A stretch of 64,000 nt of DNA. It comes from Octopus vulgaris. Lineage: Eukaryota. The position numbers and the translations under genes were made by a program. Positions within the stretch are counted from its first letter, which is position 1. Each line of letters starts with the position of its first letter. The notes beneath the pieces were generated by a model that saw only the letters and a program-made list of their open reading frames with translations, was not told the DNA's origin and made no database searches. The stretch spans positions 30,008,001 to 30,072,000 of the forward strand of contig OX597830.1 in assembly GCA_951406725.2 (NCBI GenBank). Reading direction: 5' to 3'. Shown one piece after another: positions 57,489 to 64,000 of this stretch.

Positions 57489-57982
57489 AATATAGAGATA
57501 TACTATGAACAATCTAATAATTTATATATACATTACAATGTTATATTAAATACTATGAATATAATATAACGTAACAATGTTATATAACAAATAATTATTA
57601 AAACCATAAAACGCCAACAAATTGTTTCGACTTATATAAAATTTTTCTGATATACATAATCACAGTTCCCTTATATATAAAGGCACTTCAGGGTAATAGT
57701 TTAAAAAATGACGATTTTCCGTGTAAAAGGACGGCTGGATTCAAAGCTTTTTACAAACCAGCTGTCCTTTCACAAGGAATTTCGTATTTTGCTAAACCAT
57801 GACTTCGAAGTGACTTTATATATAAGCGAACTATGATTATATCGAAACAATTTGTTGTCCTTTTATGGTTTTTTTATAATTATTTATATTATATAATATT
57901 ATGTTATATTATATTCATAGTATTTTATGTAATATTGTAATATAAATAAATTATTGGATTGTCGATAGTATATCTCTATATT
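57489..57982. repeat. About 490-bp imperfect palindrome (foldback or MITE-like)
   Basis: Arms 57489-57738 and 57758-57982 are reverse-complementary, e.g. AATATAGAGATATACTAT/ATAGTATATCTCTATATT and AAAGGACGGCTGG/CCAGCTGTCCTTT; 19-nt loop. Confidence 0.9.
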
Positions 57983-58019
57983 ATATATATATATCGCATA
58001 TTAGCGTCCAGGGTGTATT

Positions 58020-58495
58020 AATTTAGTTGACGAGAACTACGTAATATTTCTTGCTGGGTAGTATAGTAGTTGATTTAATGTCTGAATCTGCTAAATAGCC
58101 TAAATTTTATGTTCCATGCTATTAACGTACGTTCGATTCTTTGGCCTCCTAATTTGAAGGTGAATTGAAACAACGAAACGTTTGTAGAAGTTGGTAAAAC
58201 TTTATTAGCGATGTATTTCCTATAACTTTATATTCAGTAACATCTGCGAATGTTATACACGTTTTGTGGAGAGATAGGGTATTTTAAGCGGGTACAGTGT
58301 TGGATTTCTGATGTTACAATTTAGCTGTTCGAATAGGGACATCTGAGTGTCTGATTTTTGATTTATGGTTGCCGATAAAGGAACCCTGAGATTCTTAACT
58401 TTATCGACGTTCAAGGGTTTTCTGTATTTAAGAGTAGGTGGGAATGTTCTTTGTAATGTTGATGGCTAGATTAATTTGCTGGTGTGGGAACACAC
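58020..58495 (-). pseudogene. Degenerate Penelope-like ORF fragment (linker and GIY-YIG region)
   Basis: Frameshifted peptides FPPTLKYRKPLNVDKVK, FIGNHKSKI and NCNIRNPTLYPLK occur in the order of the PLE motifs FPPxHKYxKIFN, IxxHNxKI and CNCRxxxxCPL. Confidence 0.55.
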
Positions 58496-58557
58496 ATTAA
58501 ATCCTTGTTTCTTTGGTAAGTCACTCCTTACTATGTCGTTACCATTAGGAGAGAAAA

Positions 58558-58770
58558 GGGTTGTGAGCTGGCAGAATAGTTAGCACTTCGGGACAAAAGA
58601 TTAGCAGCATTTTGTCCACCTTTAAACTCTGAATTCAAATTCCTTCTAGGTTGACTTTGCCTTTGATCCTTTTGCAGTTAATGAAATTAATATCAGTTAA
58701 GCAGTGGGATCGATGTATTCGACTCACTCCTTCCACTCAAATTTGAGACCCTGTGCCTCTAGCAGATAAG
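58558..58770 (+). mobile_element. SINE family B2, diverged
   Basis: GAGCTGGCAGAATAGTTAGCAC...TTCAAATTCC...GTTGACTTTGCCTTTGATCCTTT. Confidence 0.8.
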
Positions 58771-59004
58771 ATAGTATACGGAATGAAACGCACTAATTAA
58801 GATAGCTTTGGCTAAGAACGGATCTACCTTATTCAACAGTTATGTTATTTAATACAAGTCAAATAGTTTCGGAGATTTCATTGCGTAGTAAGACATTCTC
58901 ATGGTTCTTTGAGACGATTTACATATACACATATATATGCTTATGTGTGTAAGTGTAATTACAAGGAAATTGTAATAAAAGCTTAATATGTATATATAAA
59001 TAAA

Positions 59005-59120
59005 TTGCGCAGGCTCGAAACATAAAAGACTTTCTCACCTTCCCGAGCGTCAAAATAATACACCTGCTTGTTGTTTATACATCTGTCTTCGTCTTTTGTT
59101 TTTCTGTAAATTTCAACCAT
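59005..59120 (+). mobile_element. PLE terminal-repeat fragment, truncated within the HHR
   Basis: GCGCAGGCTCGAAACATAAAAGAC...TTCCCGAGCGT...CTGTCTTCGTCTTTTG, as at 15700-15800. Confidence 0.7.
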
Positions 59121-59311
59121 ATATATATATATACACATATGCATATATATATATATATCAATAATTAAAATACCCCTGGATATCCTTGTTGCTTATTTTG
59201 ATTTTAATCACCTTACTTTGAAATTGTATGGATAATACCGTATTCAATTCTGGTACCTCAACTTAAGTACCATATTCATCTGAATCTAAACTGCATATGT
59301 ATATATATATG

Positions 59312-59361
<50 letters not shown>

Positions 59362-59363
<2 letters not shown>

Positions 59364-59450
59364 CGTTTCTGTTTACCAGTTGTGGTAGACATCATCTTTA
59401 CATTTGATTACGCATTCTGATGATGTCCACAACTGGTAAACAGAAACGAT
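59362..59450. repeat. Hairpin formed by inverted duplication of a hammerhead core
   Basis: Arms of about 32 bp; the right arm region reads CTGATGA-TGTCCACAACTGGTAAACA-GAAAC. Confidence 0.85.
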
Positions 59451-59556
59451 TTTAAATGTACTATTACTACCACTGTTCTTTATTAATTAATTGAATTAAT
59501 GGCTTATTCGCGCATATGACGAACTTCTTCCTGTTATTTTTCCTCCATTTACTTCT

Positions 59557-59607
<51 letters not shown>

Positions 59608-59624
59608 ATGTATATATATATACA

Positions 59625-59821
59625 TATGCCATGATAGATCGCTAGCCACTACACATTCTTTAGTTTCTCTCCTTGTTTCTTTCTGTGTTCCTTTCTGTGG
59701 AAGAGCGTAGGCTCGAAACGTTAAGGAATATTTCACTTCCCGCCCGTTAGACTAATACATCTGCTTGTTGTCTACACCACCTGTCTTCATCTTTTGTTTT
59801 TTTTTTTGTGAATTCTCCCCC

Positions 59822-59822
<1 letters not shown>
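59625..59822 (+). mobile_element. PLE terminal-repeat fragment with variant HHR (59688-59728)
   Basis: CTTT-CTGTGGA-AGAGC-GTAG-GCTC-GAAAC-GTT-AAGG; paralogue of 15610-15810. Confidence 0.7.
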
Positions 59823-59868
<46 letters not shown>

Positions 59869-60160
59869 ATGTATGTATGTATATATACACAGGTGTGCAT
59901 GTGTGTTTGTCCACAGTCATCGCTTGACAACCGTTGCTGGTGTGTTTACGTCCCCGTATGCTAAGAGTTCGGCAGAAAAGGAGCGATAAATTAAACACTA
60001 GGCTAAATATAAAGAAACAATACTTGTCGAATTGTCGAGGTGGAGCGATGGATGTGTGAGACCGCGTGCGCGTATGCAATTATACATGTGTGAGTGAATT
60101 TGTGGGTGTTCTAATCTAACATTCAGAAATCAAATAATACACTGAAAGATTATATTTTCT

Positions 60161-60756
60161 TATTTCTTTATTGCCCACAAGGGGCTAAACACAGAGGGGA
60201 CAAACAAGGACAGACAAACCGATTAAGTCGATTACATCGGCCCCCAGTGCGTAACTGGTACTTAATTTATCGAACCCAAAAGGATGAATCGCAAATCGAT
60301 CTCGGCGGAATGTGAAATCAGAACGTAACGGCAGACAAAATACCTATTTTTTTACAACCCACAAGGGGCTAAACACAGAGAGAACAAACAAGGACAGACA
60401 AACGGATTAAGTTGATTATATCGACCCCAGTGCGTAACTGGTACTTATTTAATCGACTCCGAAAGGATGAAAGGCAAAGTCGGCCTCGGCGGAATTTGAA
60501 CTCAGAACGTAATGGCAGACGAAATACCTATTTCTTTATTACCCACAAGGGGCTAAACACAGAGGGGACAAACAAGGACAGACATAGGTATTAAGCCGAT
60601 TACATCGACTCCAGTGCGTAACTGGTACTTAATTTATCGACCCCGAAAGGATGAAAGGCAAAGTCGACCTCGGCGGAATTTGAACTCACAACGTAACGAC
60701 AGACGAATTACCGCTACGCATTTCGCCTGGCGTGCTAACATTTCTGCCAGCTCACC
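60161..60756 (-). mobile_element. SINE family B1 trimer (one head plus three ~184-bp body and tail units)
   Basis: Junctions near 60344 and 60528 (plus-strand AAATACCTATTT). Confidence 0.92.
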
Positions 60757-61129
60757 AAAAATGCAAATAATTAAGCAATTCCTTTTTTTTATATTTCAAA
60801 TTTGTATTTTAAATTATCCTCATTTCTGACTATCAGTTCATCAAAGTATCTTAGTAAGAAAGCCATAAATACAACTCTTATGATACAACAGCTGTTACTC
60901 GTTCCCAACGGAGGTTAATGCAAGATCGGGGAGGCCGAAGGCAACAAATCATCAACATTAATAACAATGTGTTGAAAGTTAGAACTAATGATTGTGAGCT
61001 TAATATCAAGTATTTGGATTACATTGGCGTAGAGAACATAAGTTAATATTCTCAGCATATTTTTTGCTATCCAATATGACGATATTCTAGTTTTTCCTTT
61101 GAAGACACGGCATTGAATTGTATGTTGCT

Positions 61130-61800
61130 AGGCAAGCTGGCAGAATCGTTAGCATGCCAGGCGAAATGCTAAGCGGCATTTACGATTTTAGTTCAAATTC
61201 TGCTGGGCTCGACTTTGCCTTTCATCCTTTCAAGGTCGATAAAATAAGTCCCGGATGTTGATTTAATCGATTTGACTATTCTCCAGAAATGTCAAACCTT
61301 ATGCCTACAGTAGAAAAGATCTTAGTGGAAGTTAAGGATGACAGAATCGTTAGCATTTTGGGCATTATGCTTTGCGGCATTTCGTATGTTTTTTTATGTT
61401 CTGAGATCAAATTCTGCCGAGGTGGACTTAACCTTTTAGCATTTCTTGGTCGATAAAATGTGCACCAGTTGAACACTGCGGTCGGTGCAACCAACTTATA
61501 CCTATGCTGGCCTTGTGCCTTGTTTGTGCCAAAATTTGAAACCAATATTCTAGTAGCAGTTAAGTCAACGAGCTGTCAGAATCGTTAGCACGTTGAGCGA
61601 AATGCTTACCTGCACTTCGGCTGCCTTTACGTTCTGGGTACAAATTCCGCCGAGGTTGACATTGCCTTTTATTCTTCCCAGGTCCATAAAGTGAGTCTTT
61701 CTTGATCACTGGAGCATTTGTAATCGACGTAACACCTCCTCCGAAATTGCTGGCCTTTTACTAAAACTTAAATCTAATATTTTAGAACAGGTTAAAGCTT
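61130..61800 (+). mobile_element. Three head-to-tail family B2 copies joined by a common linker
   Basis: CAGAATCGTTAGCA at about 61141, 61342 and 61577; AATATT(C/T)TAG..CAG.TTAA-like linker recurs at about 61320, 61544, 61777 and 61862. Confidence 0.8.
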
Positions 61801-62254
61801 CGCGATGGCAAAATCAATATTTTAATAAAAATTAAATTCGGAAAATTTAGATTTGAAGCCAAAATATTTTAGTAGCAGTTTATAACTGGATGTTTATAAA
61901 TCATCTTAAGATTAAATGGATAATCTGTAGATTACATATGGTATGATGGTTTTTTTTTTCTCTTTTGTCGAGGAAGGGTATAAAGTAACGGAACACACAC
62001 GCCCTTAATGGTGTACCAAATTGCCCAATTAAACAACTTAGTGCTCGATATTCCTGGAATTTTGGAATCTGTTCTTGGATAATGTATTACATAAATTAAC
62101 ATAAATTAACATAAGTAACCTGTTAAGATATAACATGATAACATCTTTTTTTAAATATCGTAAAAATTTTCTTTACGTGCATTTCAAAACTCTCCACTGA
62201 TCATGATTCGTCAGACGAAATCTATAGAAAATGAAAAACTGTTTAAAATAATAT

Positions 62255-62380
62255 CCTTATACGAGGATGGCGAAGTAGGATGCGTGAGATGGTCGAGGTC
62301 GAACCTTGCTGGCTCTTAGCCAATCCCGGGACAAAACAAGAGTTAAATAACTACTGATGCAACAACAACAATAACAACAG
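62255..62380 (+). mobile_element. Possible LINE 3' end remnant
   Basis: GC-rich CCAATCCCGGGACAAAACAAGAGTTAAA followed by a (CAA)n tail. Confidence 0.3.
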
Positions 62381-62407
62381 ATCTATCGCAACATTTATTG
62401 ACCTGTA

Positions 62408-62804
62408 GGCGTAGGAGTGGCTGTGTGGTAAGTAGCTTGCCTATCAACCACATGATCCCGGGTTCAGTCCCACTGCATGGAACCTTGGGCAGGAGTCTTC
62501 TACTATAGCCTCGGGCCGATCAAAGCCTTGTGAGTGGATTTGGTAGACGGAAACTGAAAGAACCCCGTCGTATATGTGTATATATATATATGCATGTGTG
62601 TGTGTATGTTTGTGTGTCTGTGTGTGTCTCCCCAACATCGCTTGATAACCGATGCTGGTATATTTACGTCCCCGTTACTTAGTGGTTCGGCAAAAGAGAC
62701 CGATAGAATAAGTACTAGGCTTACAAAGATTAAGTCCTGGGGTCGATTTGTGCTCCAGCATGGCCACAGTCAAATGACTGAAACAAGTAAAAGAGTAAAA
62801 GAGT
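62408..62804 (+). mobile_element. SINE family A reference copy (tRNA-like head, CORE-like block, internal TA/TG microsatellite, tail)
   Basis: GGCGTAGGAGTGGCTGTGTGGTAAG...GGGTTCAGTCCC...ACCTTGGGCAGG...GTAAAAGAGTAAAAGAG. About 15 full or partial copies in the window. Confidence 0.92.
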
Positions 62805-64000
62805 AATTGTTGACTGGAACTTAGAAAGATTGTGTGGACCGGGCATATTGCAAATTAGATGATAGAAGATAACACTATCATATTTCGTTCATCATTCTCC
62901 CCCTTCTCTCTCTCTCTCTCTCTCTCTCTCTAGTTCTTTTATTCTCTTTCTCTCTCTAGCCTTTCTTTGCCTCTCTCTCTCTAGACTTTCTTTGCCTCTC
63001 TCTCTCTTTAACTCTCTTTCTCTTACACTGTATTTCAGCTTCTATGTGCATTCTTGTGTGTGTGTGTCTGTTTACATGTGTGTGTACGTGTGTGAGTGTT
63101 TCAGTGTTTATTTTTTTTTCCTGAGGTGTGTCTTTATATATCTCTTAATCTCGCGAACTTGCTTGGCCAAATGTGAGTGTAATCCACCGATATCAATTCA
63201 AATATTAAATTTGATATTTGTCTGTGGGAGAGTTAGAAAATAACTGATGAATTTCTTATAGATTTTTTAAGCTAACACGTGAATGACTGAATTACGATAT
63301 CATTCTACATCTCCAATTTATGGTTTGTGTCCATATTGGGTAGATGATTCGCATCTTTGGCACCGTCTCAAAAAATGAACTAAAATCAAAGTAAATAAAA
63401 GCAAAGAAACGATAACAAAAATTAATATGAACTCCTTCTGTATCTTAATTTAAGACAGCATCGATTCCTTTCATACTTATCTGCCGCAAAGAAATTAACG
63501 GGATAATTTACTAATATTTAATATTGACTATCTAACAAATAATTCCTGATTGGCCTTTAATTCACTTCTGGCTCCTACGTATACATACACAAATACATAC
63601 ATACATACATACATACATACATACATACATACATACATACATACATACATGTATACATACATTCATATATACATACGTACATAGATACAATATATATACA
63701 TACATATATTTATATATATATGTATTCATATCAGCATGAATGTGCGTGTTTTCTTTTTTTTTCTAACGAAAGAGAGGCCTATTTGTAGAATTAAAAAGAG
63801 AGAGAGAGAGAAACAGAGACAGTATTAAGCAAGGATATTGTTACAGAAATTGAAATAATCAGGACTCTAAAACCATTCTCATAACCTTATTACACAGATT
63901 CCTTTTTACTGTGACCTAAAATATTGTTGCATTTTATCATCTTTTCTTTCGAAATGTCTTGATAACTGAAACAATATATCTAGGTACTCAGTGATACATA

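Overview
Eukaryotic, AT-rich, repeat-dense DNA that is almost entirely intronic or intergenic. The microsatellite load and SINE families point to an octopus or other coleoid genome; this is recognised from memory, not from a search. Nearly all ORFs in the track are microsatellite artefacts. The real content is: at least four tRNA-headed SINE families (CORE-like, Meta-domain and others); several internally deleted Tc1/mariner elements; remnants of HERO-like, RTE-like and Penelope-like (PLE) retroelements; and about a dozen minimal hammerhead-ribozyme (HHR) motifs, four with intact cores. There is one probable coding exon (50425-50646) and two weaker, frame-compatible upstream exon candidates. 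The most unusual signals are (1) an apparently non-circularly permuted hammerhead fold in the 3' UTR of a HERO-like LINE (51089-51199, minus strand), (2) a tRNA-headed element carrying a PLE-type hammerhead, present as a head-to-head inverted pair (49738-50394), and (3) Meta-domain SINE multimers sharing the same internal junction at two loci. Coordinates were read by eye; repeat edges may be off by about 10 bp.
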